DNA of 63,531 bases, filler included, from Octopus bimaculoides (taxonomy: Eukaryota): the NCBI RefSeq assembly GCF_001194135.2. It is 8 parts of 6 records of this genome, joined end to end, with 100 filler letters (N's around TTAATTAATTAA, not from the genome) between each part and the next. Parts side by side here need not be neighbours in the genome. Positions count along the whole stretch, not along the records: positions 1 to 29,498 come from NC_068985.1; 7 more parts are not named here. One strand, written 5' to 3'. This document shows positions 1-12,995 of the stretch, in pieces. A model generated the notes under the pieces. It worked only from the letters and a program-made list of their open reading frames with translations. It ran no database searches and was not told the DNA's origin. The first letter of the stretch is position 1. Each line of letters opens with the position of its first letter. Made by a program: the position numbers and the translations under genes.

Positions 1-31
<31 letters not shown>

Positions 32-1229
32 CCGAGAGACACACAGGAATAGAGCAAGTGAAACATGTATATATATCCATGTAAATTTGCTGTGAAGTAT
101 TTTCGTGTATGGATACGTTCTTGAACGTACAATAGCACTTTTAGTAAAGTTATGATGCGGGCCCTTCCATACATTCATTAAGTAGAGATATTTCTACCAC
201 TGTCTCCGTACTATACGCAAATCTGTCTCTCCATATACATGTATGTGTGTGTGTGTGTTGTGTGTGTGTTTGTGTGTGTGTGTGTCTTTGTCTGAGTATG
301 TGTATGTATAAGATAACTACACGTGACAATTTCCGAACATGTGGTATAATCGTACAGATGCATATGATGTATACGTGTACTGTCTTATTCACATATTTAT
401 ATAGACGTTTACATACGCACTGAGGGATGCGCGCATCCACGGACAGACACAAATATACACCCACATGTACGATTCAACGTACATATGTATGTATATATGT
501 ATATATATATATATATATATNNNNNNNNNNNNNNNNNNNNNNNNNNNNNNNNNNNNNNNNNNNNNNNNNNNNNNNNNNNNNNNNNNNNNNNNNNNNNNNN
601 NNNNNNNNNNNNNNNNNNNNNNNNNNNNNNNNNNNNNNNNNNNNNNNNNNNNNNNNNNNNNNNNNNNNNNNNNNNNNNNNNNNNNNNNNNNNNNNNNNNN
701 NNNNNNNNNNNNNNNNNNNNNNNNNNNNNNNNNNNNNNNNNNNNNNNNNNNNNNNNNNNNNNNNNNNNNNNNNNNNNNNNNNNNNNNNNNNNNNNNNNNN
801 NNNNNNNNNNNNNNNNNNNNNNNNNNNNNNNNNNNNNNNNNNNNNNNNNNNNNNNNNNNNNNNNNNNNNNNNNNNNNNNNNNNNNNNNNNNNNNNNNNNN
901 NNNNNNNNNNNNNNNNNNNNNNNNNNNNNNNNNNNNNNNNNNNNNNNNNNNNNNNNNNNNNNNNNNNNNNNNNNNNNNNNNNNNNNNNNNNNNNNNNNNN
1001 NNNNNNNNNNNNNNNNNNNNNNNNNNNNNNNNNNNNNNNNNNNNNNNNNNNNNNNNNNNNNNNNNNNNNNNNNNNNNNNNNNNNNNNNNNNNNNNNNNNN
1101 NNNNNNNNNNNNNNNNNNNNNNNNNNNNNNNNNNNNNNNNNNNNNNNNNNNNNNNNNNNNNNNNNNNNNNNNNNNNNNNNNNNNNNNNNNNNNNNNNNNN
1201 NNNNNNNNNNNNNNNNNNNNNNNNNNNNN

Positions 1230-1262
<33 letters not shown>

Positions 1263-1789
1263 GAATGTGTTTTTGTTTGCTTGAGTACTTGCATGTGTAC
1301 GTATATTTATAAATATATATATATATAATTATATATATACATGCGTCTACAGAGAAAGAAAGAACGATGTGAAAGGAGAAGGATTAAGATCAAGGGAGGA
1401 GAAAGAACTCATATATATTCGTGTGAGAGACACTCACACCCATACTCGCCTACACACACACAGCTATATATATATATATATATGTGTGTGTGTATATGCA
1501 TATATGTATGTACATAGCTTTACATATTATACACCGTGCATACATCTATGCCGGCGTGTGCGTGCGCTCTGGTTGTCGTATTTGGAAGGAAACAAAGACA
1601 TACATTTTCTCCTCAGCCATTACACCACTCCATCCTCATCCGCCTCCCACCCTACATCCTCTTTGCCTCTTCATGAACAATGTACCCCCGTACAACAAGT
1701 GGATGTGCATCGAGGCATGAAACATCGTTTGGCACTTCATCATTGCTGATGTGTTTAGCAGAGTGTAACTAAAGCCACAAACATCACCG

Positions 1790-2370
1790 CCAACACCCTC
1801 TACTTCTTGCACCAAAGACCAGCACCACCACCACCACCACGACCACTACCACCTGCAATGCCACCACCAACAGCATTGAAACAGCCAGCGCCGCTGCTAC
1901 CACTACCTCCTCCCCATCACAACAACATCCATATCTGCATGACCACCACCACTAATATCAACAATGGTATGCAACAAACAATTAACTATAAACCTTAGCT
2001 ATAACAATTTCTGCTACATTAACAATAGTATGAACAACCAATACAACATCAACAACAATATCAACAACAATATCAACAACAACTACAGAAACATCAGCAA
2101 CAACAACAACAACAATTATATGACGGTTACTATGATTACAATAGCAAATAAACAAGCTACAACAACAACTACAACAAGTGGTAAAAAAAAACAAAAGACG
2201 CAGTCAACAGCCACGAACGAATGTTGTTGTCGTTGTTGTTGTTTTGTACAAAAGCTACAATAACAACAATTACAAAAACTTTAGCAACAGGTACAACAAT
2301 AATGAAATGCATTAGAACAACAATTGTAAAGAATAATCAACAATAATAGCGACAACAACCACAAATGGAG
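1790..2370. repeat. Degenerate (CCA)n/(CAA)n trinucleotide region
   Basis: Seen directly. Confidence 0.85.
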
Positions 2371-2469
2371 CGACATGTAGCAGTGAGTTCTATGGTAAGG
2401 ACAATTGCAAAATTATTCACCTTCACTACTTCCAACTCTCCCCCTCTTTTCTCTCTCTCTCTCTCTCTC

Positions 2470-2517
<48 letters not shown>

Positions 2518-2834
2518 NNNNNNNNNNNNNNNNNNNNNNNNNNNNNNNNNNNNNNNNNNNNNNNNNNNNNNNNNNNNNNNNNNNNNNNNNNNNNNNNNNN
2601 NNNNNNNNNNNNNNNNNNNNNNNNNNNNNNNNNNNNNNNNNNNNNNNNNNNNNNNNNNNNNNNNNNNNNNNNNNNNNNNNNNNNNNNNNNNNNNNNNNNN
2701 NNNNNNNNNNNNNNNNNNNNNNNNNNNNNNNNNNNNNNNNNNNNNNNNNNNNNNNNNNNNNNNNNNNNNNNNNNNNNNNNNNNNNNNNNNNNNNNNNNNN
2801 NNNNNNNNNNNNNNNNNNNNNNNNNNNNNNNNNN

Positions 2835-2876
<42 letters not shown>

Positions 2877-3519
2877 CAGCAATAAACAAAAGTAACAGCG
2901 TCGACCACAGATATATTTATAACCGCAGACAATAATAGGAACAATGGCTATATCTATAGATTTAGCGCCATCATCAGTATCGTCATCATCATCATCATCA
3001 GTATCGTCATCATCATCATCACCAACCTCGTCGTTAAGAACAGCAGCAGCATGAATATTATCAGTTACTACAAATACAGCATAATTCTCATGTCATGAGT
3101 GTCTCAGAAAAAAAAAAAAAAAAAATTTTTTCTAATTTTGGCAGACGACAATCAATTTCGAGGGTACGAAATAAATCTATTACATTGATGCCGCTGCTGA
3201 ACTAATATTCATTTTCTCGACCCCGAAGAAATGAAAGCGAAATACCTTGTGGTATTTAATTGAAAAGAGCCAGAACGAGGGGCAGATTAAACAATTCGCA
3301 CGACGCGCTTCCGATTCTGCTAGCTCACCGCCTTATAATGATTGTATCAAATTTTGGGACTGCTACTGTAGTGGGAAAGGGTTAACTCAATAACATCGAC
3401 CCCCAGTTTTACACTGGTATTATATTCGGTCAACATCGAATTGATGAAAGGAAAAGTGATATTAGTGTGATTAGACTAAAAAGCCGTCCTCATCACGATT
3501 CGACCACAGGCTGCTGTTG

Positions 3520-3521
3520 CA

Positions 3522-3567
<46 letters not shown>

Positions 3568-3584
3568 TTACCACCACCACCACC

Positions 3585-3615
<31 letters not shown>

Positions 3616-3877
3616 TTGCTACTACTACTACTGGTACTACTACTGCTGCTACTACTACTGCCACTACTACGGCTACTGCTATTACTACTAATAATAATAA
3701 TGATAAACCATTGCTTCATCATCACACACACTGTATCGTCAACATCACTGTAAGCTGCTGTCAGGATCGAGGTGAGCAAGAAGAAGAAGAAGGAAAAAAG
3801 GAAGAAAAAGAAGAAGAAGGAAAAAAGGAAGAAGAACAACAACAACAATAGCAATAGCAAAAACAACAACAACAACA
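3520..3877. repeat. Compound microsatellite (CTA)n(CCA)n(CTA)n, then (AAG)n and (AAC)n
   Basis: Seen directly. Confidence 0.92.
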
Positions 3878-4905
3878 AGGCATATGGTTGTCCAAGTGGG
3901 GAATTGATGAAGGCAATTCAACCTCAATCCTTCTATAAATACCTGCGAATACTTGAGTCAGACGGAATCAGTCACAACAGCATGAAGGTAATGACAAAAA
4001 GAGAGTATCTACGGCGAGTGAGAAAAATACTGGGCTTCAAAGCTGAATTTCAAAAGCATAATTTCGGTCGTAAACTCGCGCGCAGTCACATTAGTTCGAT
4101 ACGGCGCTGGAATCCTGAAGCGGGCAAAGGAGAATCTAAAGGAGAGGGACAGGTAGTCAAGAAAACTCCTAATGATGCATGGAGACCATCATCCACGTGC
4201 AGACACTGGTCGCCTATACACGAAGAGAGAAAATGGAGGAAGAGGACTGATAAGTGTGGAAGATTGCGTGCGTATCGAACTCGAGAGCTTAATGAGATAC
4301 CTAACCCGAAGTAAGGAAACCTTGCTAGTGACAGCTAGGAACGAGGGAGTATTGAGAGCAGAGAAAAAAGGAAAAATAAAGAGCTTTTCCAATCCAAACA
4401 GATCAGGTGCTAGGGCATAACAGACACTGGTGGTGGACAAGGAAACTACTGGTGATGAACAAGGTGCACCACATATTCTGTATAGCTGATGTTGCATGCC
4501 CCTTTGACCCACGAGTGGTCAAGAAGGAAGTCGAAAATATAGATAAATATACAACCGTCTTAAGTACGAAATAACCCGGCTATTGAAAATGTGGAAGATG
4601 AAAATAGTGCCAATCATTATTGGGTCCTTGGGAACATTATCATAAGGCATCAAGGGGAATATAAAGGAAATTGGAATAGAGTGCTAAGTAGAACTGTTAC
4701 AAAAGATTTGTCTCCTTGGCACAGCCACAATAATCAAGAATGTATTAGACAGCTGAAAAGAACGGTTACCATGGTACCGTAGACTGCAGGTAGCAAGACC
4801 GCTACGCATACAGAACTCCAGGAGTTCCAATAAAATCTGTGATAAAGATAAAGATAAAGATAAAGATAATAATAATAATAATAATAATAATACTAATACT
4901 AATAC

Positions 4906-4939
<34 letters not shown>
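3878..4939 (+). mobile_element. 5'-truncated, internally deleted R4/Dong-type non-LTR retrotransposon (end of RT, thumb, RLE endonuclease) with (GATAAA)n(AAT)n tail
   Basis: Frames read YKYLRILESDGISHNSMKVMTKREYLRRVRKIL, MHGDHHPRADTGRLYTKRENGGRGLISVEDC, IQTDQVLGHNR, DVACPFDPRVVKKE and KIVPIIIGSLG...LLQKICLLGTATII. These are motifs of Dong/R4-clade ORFs, with frameshifts and stops. AATAAA precedes the tail. Confidence 0.85.
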
Positions 4940-4941
<2 letters not shown>

Positions 4942-6039
4942 TCGTTTCTGTTATGTTAAACTATGTACTCACCGTTAAACTCTGTACAACATTCGAAAAT
5001 TACCATTTTCAAATCTCACAATTTGAGATATTCTGTTTAACCTGTTCAACTATGCTTAAATATGGTAAACTATGTACTCACTCTATTATCCTGCTTGAAA
5101 CACCTTTAATATTTCATTCTTTGTATATTTATTCAAACGCTAATAAAGGTATAAAAATGAATATTAACCTTGCACCACGTGTTCTAGTTAAAGCATTGTA
5201 TCTAGTCTAGTAGTATAAATTTATTGAAGGTGTTAAGATATGTAAGAGACTGATGTTACCTATGAATAAAACACTGACAATGATAAGCTAATTAGGATGC
5301 TTCCACCTGTTCACTTGATCTGATTATAATAACAAGCAAATATATTTCATGTCATACTCTACTAGCTTAATAAAAACAGACAAATTATTTTCATGCAGTT
5401 TTATATGTGCAGTCCTTTCCAAAAGACAGAACGATTTCAGTTGACATTTCATTATAGGGTCTGCAGTGTCAGGATTCAACTGAAACTAGATAAAATCAAC
5501 GTGCAAACCTCCAATGCAAATGCAATAACATGCTCTTTCATATCACTGACATCGATAACTATGATGAAAATTGTGACCAAAATTCACTAATAAACAGAAC
5601 GCCCCTGGCAGATAAATACATAAAAGGCTCTGGATCAATTATGATGATGAGCATAAATTCTGCGATTGATTGGAGCGTGTCTACAATGAATTATAATGTA
5701 TAGTGGTTTAGCATATTAGGGACTGAGTACTCCACATACGAATGTAAATTAAACGTTGTTCGACAAAGCTGGGTCTTAAAATTACAGGTACAATTCAACC
5801 CACGGCCTTTCAAGCAGCTGTCACCCGAGTTTGCATATGTTTGCAACGATCCAAACCTCCGACGCTTGTTCATGATGCTATGCATAGGTATTGAATCCAG
5901 GATCTCAGAATTGTAAAGCGAACGTCTCCAGTAGTTCAGCCATGCAGTTTCAACTTATACCGCCATAATAACATAAATATCGTGTAATGATACATGTCAC
6001 ATCACCTAATATGCATAAAATAATACACGATATGAGTGC

Positions 6040-7480
6040 TGGTTGGCTGGCTCGTTGGTTGGTTGTTTGGTGGGTTGGTTGGTGTATTGGTTGTTTGGTG
6101 GGTTGGTTGGTGTATTGGTTGGTTAGTTGGTTAAATGGTTCGTGGGTTAGTTGATGGGATATTTGGTTGGTTNNNNNNNNNNNNNNNNNNNNNNNNNNNN
6201 NNNNNNNNNNNNNNNNNNNNNNNNNNNNNNNNNNNNNNNNNNNNNNNNNNNNNNNNNNNNNNNNNNNNNNNNNNNNNNNNNNNNNNNNNNNNNNNNNNNN
6301 NNNNNNNNNNNNNNNNNNNNNNNNNNNNNNNNNNNNNNNNNNNNNNNNNNNNNNNNNNNNNNNNNNNNNNNNNNNNNNNNNNNNNNNNNNNNNNNNNNNN
6401 NNNNNNNNNNNNNNNNNNNNNNNNNNNNNNNNNNNNNNNNNNNNNNNNNNNNNNNNNNNNNNNNAGGTTGGTTGGTAGGTTGGTTGGTGAGTTGGTTGGT
6501 TGGTTGGTTGGTTAGTTGGTTGGTTGGTTGGTTGGTTGGTTGGTTGGTTGGTTGGTTGGTTGGTTGGTTGCTTGGCTGCTCGATTGCTTGGTGGATTAGC
6601 TAGCTGGTTGATTAGTTGGATGGTCGCTTGATGTATTGGTGGATTGGTAGTTTGTGTTGGTAGTTTGTAGTAGTTTGTGTGGGGTTGGCTGGTTGGCTGG
6701 TCATTTAGTGCATTGGCTGGTTGCTTGGTGGAATTGTTGGTTGGTTGATCGGTGGGTTGGTTGCTTGGTTGCTTGGCTGGTTGGATGGCTGTTCGTTTGG
6801 TACTTTGGTTGATAAGTTGTTTGTTAGCTGGTCGCTTCGTGGATTGGTTAGTTGTTTAGGTGGTTGGTAGGTTGGCTGGTTGCTTGATGGATTGCTGGTT
6901 GTTTGGTTGTTTGTGAGGATGGCTGGTTGGTAGGCTGATTGGCTGGTTAACTGGTCACTTAGAGAATTGGCTGGCTGCTTGGTGGATTGGTTGGTTGGTT
7001 TGTTAGTTGGCTGGTCATTTGGTGGGTTGGTTAGTTGGTTGGATAGCTGGTCGCTTGGTTTGTTAGTTGGTCGGTTAGTTGATTCGTTGGCTGGCTGGTT
7101 GGCTAGTTGGCTGGTCATTTGGTGGGTTGGCTGGTTGGTTGGCTGGTCACTTGGTGCATTGCATGGTTGGGTAGCTGGTCGCTTGACGGTTTAGCTGGTT
7201 GGTCCGTTGATTGTTTGGCTAGTCGCTTGGTGTTTGCTTGGTTGATTGGCTGGTTGCTGGTTGGCTGGTCACTTGATAGATTGGCTCGTTGCTTGGAGGA
7301 TTCGTTGGTTGCTTGCTTGCTTGCCTGGAGGATTTGTTCGATGGTCGGTTAGTTGATTTATGGATTCATGTGTTGCTCGGTTGGTCGGTGCGTTCGTTGG
7401 TTGTTTCGTAGATTCGTTGGTTGATTGTTTGACTGGTTGGCTGGTTGGTTGATTGATTGGTTTTTTGGTTGTTTGATTTC
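6040..7480. repeat. Long degenerate (TGGT/GGTT)n array, partly in a gap
   Basis: Seen directly; pure core at about 6470-6570. Confidence 0.95.
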
Positions 7481-8211
7481 TCCAGTCCTGCTTTAGATCT
7501 TAAAGGCAGAAGCAGAAAGACCGTAAGGATGAGGGAGAAAGAGAAAGAAAGAGAAACGGAAAGGAGAAAGTGAGAGAAACAAAGAGAGGGAGAAAGAGAG
7601 AGAGATATAATGAATTGACATAAGAGTTCCTGATGAGAGCACACATGAGACTTGGTGTCAGGCAATGAGCGAAGAAACGCTACACAGTGAGAGAGAAAAT
7701 CCATAGATGGAGATGAAATACGGGGCAAATGAGAGAGTAGTTACGGGACGTATTACACCAAATCAGAAATTAATTTTAATTAATCTTATATACGCGTCTT
7801 TACAAATTTCTTTTGAAAGTTAGTATTCATTTCATTTTCTATAAGCATCAAGAAATTTGCTAAATGTTAAATTATAATTATTGCATGTAATCCATATTTC
7901 CAGATATTATCTATAGAAGCAAATGTATGCTTCCAAAGTTACCCGTCATAATATGGTTAACACGATAGTGTTTATATGATTAACGATGACCAAATAGATA
8001 AAACAACGATTTGAGAAAGACATCCATGATTAAGTCATGACCAATTACGTTCTGAACGTAGGTTAGCAAACCTCATAAAGATTGTATCCCTAACAAATAC
8101 AAGGGTTACTTATCTGCGTAACCTAAAATGAATAAAAATACAAAATAACGATGGAAATCTGGTTTACGCACACCATAAAACCTTTTTTTTATATCTTCTT
8201 TTCTTTTTCAG

Positions 8212-8276
8212 ATAACGTTTTTTCGAATTTGTGTTCTGAACGTGGGAATTCATACGATTATGCAAAAATGTTCTCT
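8212..8276 (+). other. Candidate 65-nt exon (UTR or coding)
   Basis: Very long polypyrimidine acceptor cctttttttatatcttcttttctttttcAG ends at 8211 and donor GTATGT starts at 8277. It is open in two frames and contains two ATGs. Confidence 0.3.
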
Positions 8277-8822
8277 GTATGTGATTTAAGAACGATTTAG
8301 CTGTTATTTTTGGCACATCCCACGACTACCTGATACCTCCATTGTTTCTTTGTCACTCTGATATGTATTGGGTTTTTTTCAATATTTGTTTACCCATAAA
8401 CACATTTAATGGAATGATGATGCACCCAAGGGTTGATGATTGCTGGAATTTAAGCAAAAATTCGGACTATCCGGGTTTTAGGATTAAGTAGGAATGGGAT
8501 TAAAAAGCAAAGAAAAATATTTTGCATAATTTTGAAAATTCCATAAAATAAAACGTTATGAGGGGTTATACAGAGCGATTAATACAGAATTCCGCCAATA
8601 ACTATTTATTAAAATATGAAGTAAATATCATAGGAACCAATGGGGAAAGTGTCTCACCAGAATGTGTGCCACTTTACTGCCGGATGGGCTAAGTCTTCAA
8701 AGTGCAACTTCTAGCAATCACTTGAGATAAATTTGGAATAAACTACTAAACGTGGTTTGTAGAGAATATTATAATCGATGCATCACAATATATAATTAGG
8801 GAGGCAGTAAGATAGCATAGAA

Positions 8823-9008
8823 TGGTGCTCCGCAACCGGTATACCGTAGCACACTGGTGTGCCACTAGATGATACTAGGTGTACCACAGTGTAACCGGAA
8901 AATGATTTTTTAAAACCCTAACCTTTTAGTCAGAGTTTTCAGGTGTGCGGCGGAATTTTGAAAAGAATATAAGTGCACCGCAAGGGGAAAAAAGGTCACG
9001 TAGCACTG
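8823..9008. mobile_element. hAT-type MITE
   Basis: Imperfect TIRs tggtgctccgcaacc / ggtcacgtagcactg with internal gtgtgcc motifs. The flanking 8-mers gcatagaa and gcatcaaa are consistent with a decayed 8-bp TSD. Confidence 0.7.
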
Positions 9009-9089
9009 GCATCAAAGACAACGAATGTATTAAAAGAGGCAAGAGAAAGGCTTATGTCTTATCGTTTAACGAAAACTTGCTTCTGTCGT

Positions 9090-9490
9090 TAGACGGCGGC
9101 CATGCAGGGGCACCACCTTGAAGAATTTTAGTCAAACGAATCGATGGCAGTACTTATTTCTTTTAAGACGAGTACTTATTCTGTCGGTCTCTTTTGCTGA
9201 GTCACTAAGTTATGGGAAGGTAAACAAACGAACAGCTGTTTTTAAGCGGTGGTTGGGCATAAATACTTACAAAGACAAGCACAGACACAGACACCCACAC
9301 ATGCATACACACCCACACGCGTGCGTGCGCGCGCACACACACACACACATATATGACAGGCTTCTTTCAGTTTCCGTTTGCAAAATACAATCGCAAGCCC
9401 TAAGTCGACCCGAAGCTATAATAAAAGACATTTACCCCAAATGTATGCCTGAACCTGGAGCCATGTCTTTGGGAAGCAAACTTATTCGGC
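9090..9490 (-). mobile_element. SINE family A, diverged
   Basis: Reverse complement matches the 13200 and 59697 copies. Confidence 0.75.
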
Positions 9491-9599
9491 TTTCACTTAC
9501 ATACTGGCTTTTTCTAGGCCGAGTCAAAATCGTGTGACCAAAGCAAGAAAATTAACTTGAGTGGTTTATTTGAATTGAAATCTGAAACAATTAGTTGTA

Positions 9600-10440
9600 A
9601 GGCTTCAAAGCGGACGCTGGTAAAATAGAAGGCGCAAGTGAGAGTTGAATGAAAGAGTGGATGATTTTCAAGGAAATCGAACAGTTAGAATCTGACATAG
9701 AGGTGCAAAAGAAAGAAATATATTGTTAGGTTACTGTAATGTATTAAACATGATGCAAAGAAGACCAAGAAGTAATGAGGAAAATTATTCAACTCTTGAA
9801 AAAAGGAATATTTTGGTGACAGAAAGGCGTTTCAGAATATTGATAGGGCTAAAGTATAAGAGGAGATAACAACATAAATAAAAAGTAAAAAGTATCATCG
9901 ATCATGTGAAAACAAGCAATATAAACTAAAGTAAATAATTTGATATAAAAAAAAACCCATCTAATATATACGTGATGAATGAATTAAGTTTGAAAGATAT
10001 CACAAGTGGGAATGAGAAAACGAGAACCAAAGTGAAAGAGGAGAATAAAAGGAGACATAAGAATATTGAAATTTGATGTAAATTTATTGCGAAGATAAAG
10101 AAATGATCAGCTGAGGTCCCAAGGGATGTATGGTGATTTAGAAAACATAGAAGGGATAAAAATAAACAGAAAGAACATAATAATTGTGAGATAGAAGTTG
10201 AAACATCTGAGATTAAAAAATACAGAAAAAATTTACAACCCAGTACAAAAAAAAAACTGTATGTTCAGCTGGGGTCAGTAACAGGAATATAATGTGTTGA
10301 ATGGAAATGTATGTCCAGAACTTGTCATAATAAATACATTAAAAAAATGTATGTTCTTGAGAGAAATTCATGTCGAAGAAAAGATCAGCAATATTGGATT
10401 GGAAGGGTTAAAGAGAGATTTAAACTTAGATTCGACATGA
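9600..10440 (+). mobile_element. Highly decayed purine-rich LINE ORF fragment, possibly the N-terminal part of a Dong/R4-type element
   Basis: Lys/Glu-rich broken frames such as SIIDHVKTSNIN..YVMNELSLK and EEKISNIGLEGLKRDL resemble the pre-RT region of Dong/R4 ORFs. There are many stops. Confidence 0.3.
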
Positions 10441-12524
10441 GCTCTAAAAGCCTGAAAGAAGCACGGTTTCTATGGCGAATAATTGGTTAAGATTACAAAA
10501 TTCGTTTCTGAACGAAACGCCGGTCCGCCTTAGCATTTGATTTCTAAAGGCATATTCACTGCAGTTAGCGTGTGCAAAACATTCCCTCTTATGATAAAAG
10601 GTTGCTCAGACGCACGTTTCTAGCCCTTTAGCCTTCCTCGTTGGGAAATACCGAAAGAATGAAATAGAATAAGACAAAGACCAAAAGGAGAAACACAAAT
10701 ATTACTCTTTATGGGGGAGACCTGTGCCATGCAGTTATGATGACTAAACGAATTTGCCTTCAGAAGTTAAAATATGTCACAAACACATTTTAACAAACCT
10801 AAAATTCGTTTATTCCTCATCACTGCTTTGTAATGCTGCCGCTATTTTTATTCTGACAAGGCTGTCTACTACCACAACTCAGTTAATGATGTTGACAATT
10901 TTTAAATTAAAGCTACGGCTTTGAATCTGCCCAGGCTTATGATGAAGCCTACAGAGCGCGTCTGGATAACCGCTAGTGAGAAGCACTGAGTAGATATGAT
11001 ATTTTTGCACTTTTTGCCATAAACGGGAATGTTTTCCCACATGGTAACTGCAGTGAATTTGCCCTTAGAATTTTAAACATATTACGGATATATTTTAACT
11101 CACCTAAAATTCATACACACACACATGTAATTCCGCTATTGGCTCCGAGGAAGCTATATTAAATGTACACGTAATCCAATTCTGAGTGTGGTGCGACTAA
11201 TAGCAGAAAAAAGCTATAAACCAATGAAGCTGATTACGCTATTCCAGTCCCTTTGTCATTAATTATTTAATTAATATCTATAAGTACACATACACAAACA
11301 TACACGCATATATATGTATGGGTGGGTGTTATGTGTGTATATTTGTGTGTACGCATACATACAGAGATACACACTTGCATACTTACACATACATGTGTGT
11401 ATGACTGTGTGTATGTCTATGTACGTNNNNNNNNNNNNNNNNNNNNNNNNNNNNNNNNNNNNNNNNNNNNNNNNNNNNNNNNNNNNNNNNNNNNNNNNNN
11501 NNNNNNNNNNNNNNNNNNNNNNNNNNNNNNNNNNNNNNNNNNNNNNNNNNNNNNNNNNNNNNNNNNNNNNNNNNNNNNNNNNNNNNNNNNNNNNNNNNNN
11601 NNNNNNNNNNNNNNNNNNNNNNNNNNNNNNNNNNNNNNNNNNNNNNNNNNNNNNNNNNNNNNNNNNNNNNNNNNNNNNNNNNNNNNNNNNNNNNNNNNNN
11701 NNNNNNNNNNNNNNNNNNNNNNNNNNNNNNNNNNNNNNNNNNNNNNNNNNNNNNNNNNNNNNNNNNNNNNNNNNNNNNNNNNNNNNNNNNNNNNNNNNNN
11801 NNNNNNNNNNNNNNNNNNNNNNNNNNNNNNNNNNNNNNNNNNNNNNNNNNNNNNNNNNNNNNNNNNNNNNNNNNNNNNNNNNNNNNNNNNNNNNNNCCAC
11901 TTGAAGATTTCATCATCTGGTGGACTGTGCGACTGAACTGGAATGAAATCTTTGCCAATCAGTGTAAGGAATCAGTAAAAGATGGAGGTGAACAAAATTA
12001 AGAAACAGATTAGCTGTGTGAAGGTGGTGGTTGTTGGGGTAAGGTGCTGGTTTTGGTGGTATGCAGGAAAAGCGGCGGCGCAAAATAACTTTTATTCTTT
12101 TGTGAAGAATTTTAGAATAGTGAGTTTATTTAGCTAGTTTCGGTGTAGTTATTTTGGACAAAATGTCTCGTGCTATTATTTTTTTTTCCAGATCTTTACA
12201 TTTTATGTTGAAATCCCACTTATATTAGATTTAAATTATATCACCAACATCATCATCATCATCATCATTATCAATATTATCAACAACAACAACTCCTGTT
12301 AGACAGTGTCCCACTTTTTTGGTTTCCATAGCGTATAAATGACTGAGATTATAACATTACGTTTTGAACAAGACCCCAGTTCGTCGCATGATTACTCATA
12401 AACCGGTGAGTGGCCTGGAGCAAGGTGACATTAAATGCTTTGCTCTAGAAAATAACGCACCACCCTGTCCAGGAATCGAAACCAGGATCTTGTGATAAAA
12501 TACTCCTCTAATACTGTTGTTTGT

Positions 12525-12812
12525 TCCTTCTCGAGTCATGCTTGGCTCATAAGGGCCGGTTTTATTGGCATATTGGTTCCACACCTGGACGGGACGCCGG
12601 TCCATCACAGGTAAACTGCTAGATGCAGGAGGAAAGAGTGGAAGAAAGTTGTGGCGAAAGTGTCAGCAGAATTTCGCCATTGCCTTCTGCCAGAGCCGCG
12701 TGGAGCTTAAGTGTTTCGCTCATAAGCACAAACATCGGCCAGCCTCAGACTCGAACTCACGATCTCTCGACGGCGAGCTTGCTGCTCTAACCATTAGGCC
12801 TTGTGCCTCCAC
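12525..12812 (-). mobile_element. tRNA-derived SINE family D with a V-domain-like segment
   Basis: The reverse complement begins ggtggaggcacaaggcctaatggttagagc (A-box) ...gtgagttcgagtc (B-box). It contains acacctggacgggacgccggtccatcacagg on the + strand. Confidence 0.7.
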
Positions 12813-12864
12813 CCTCTAATACTATACTTAGGTCAATTTATTTCATTAATAACTCCTTCTAAAT

Positions 12865-12995
12865 CAGTGGTCCTCAGCAGGGGTCAATATGGGGTCCACA
12901 GAAATTTTACTTGTTAAAATTTAAGTGCAATATATTGCTTTTTACATCTACAATACTCAAAATATTTTAATTTTTTATACAATTCCTAATAATAG
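12865..12995. mobile_element. Truncated hAT-type MITE, same family as 50074-50327
   Basis: Starts cagtggtcctcagc and shares ttgttaaaatttaa(g/c)tgcaata and acaattcctaataata with the 50074 copy. It is cut off at the inverted repeat arm at 13000. Confidence 0.65.

Noticed and set aside
1807-2263. Pro-rich and Asn-rich ORFs resembling transcription-factor low-complexity regions
   Set aside because: They are explained by degenerate (CCA)/(CAA) repeats, with no domain and no convincing splice boundaries.
6705-7728. Asn/Gln/Pro/Thr-rich and Trp/Leu/Val/Gly-rich ORFs
   Set aside because: They are translations of the (TGGT)n array on either strand.
12740-12812. tRNA gene-like A/B boxes (also at the heads of SINE families A and C)
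   Set aside because: These are SINE heads with no complete cloverleaf, continuing into SINE bodies.
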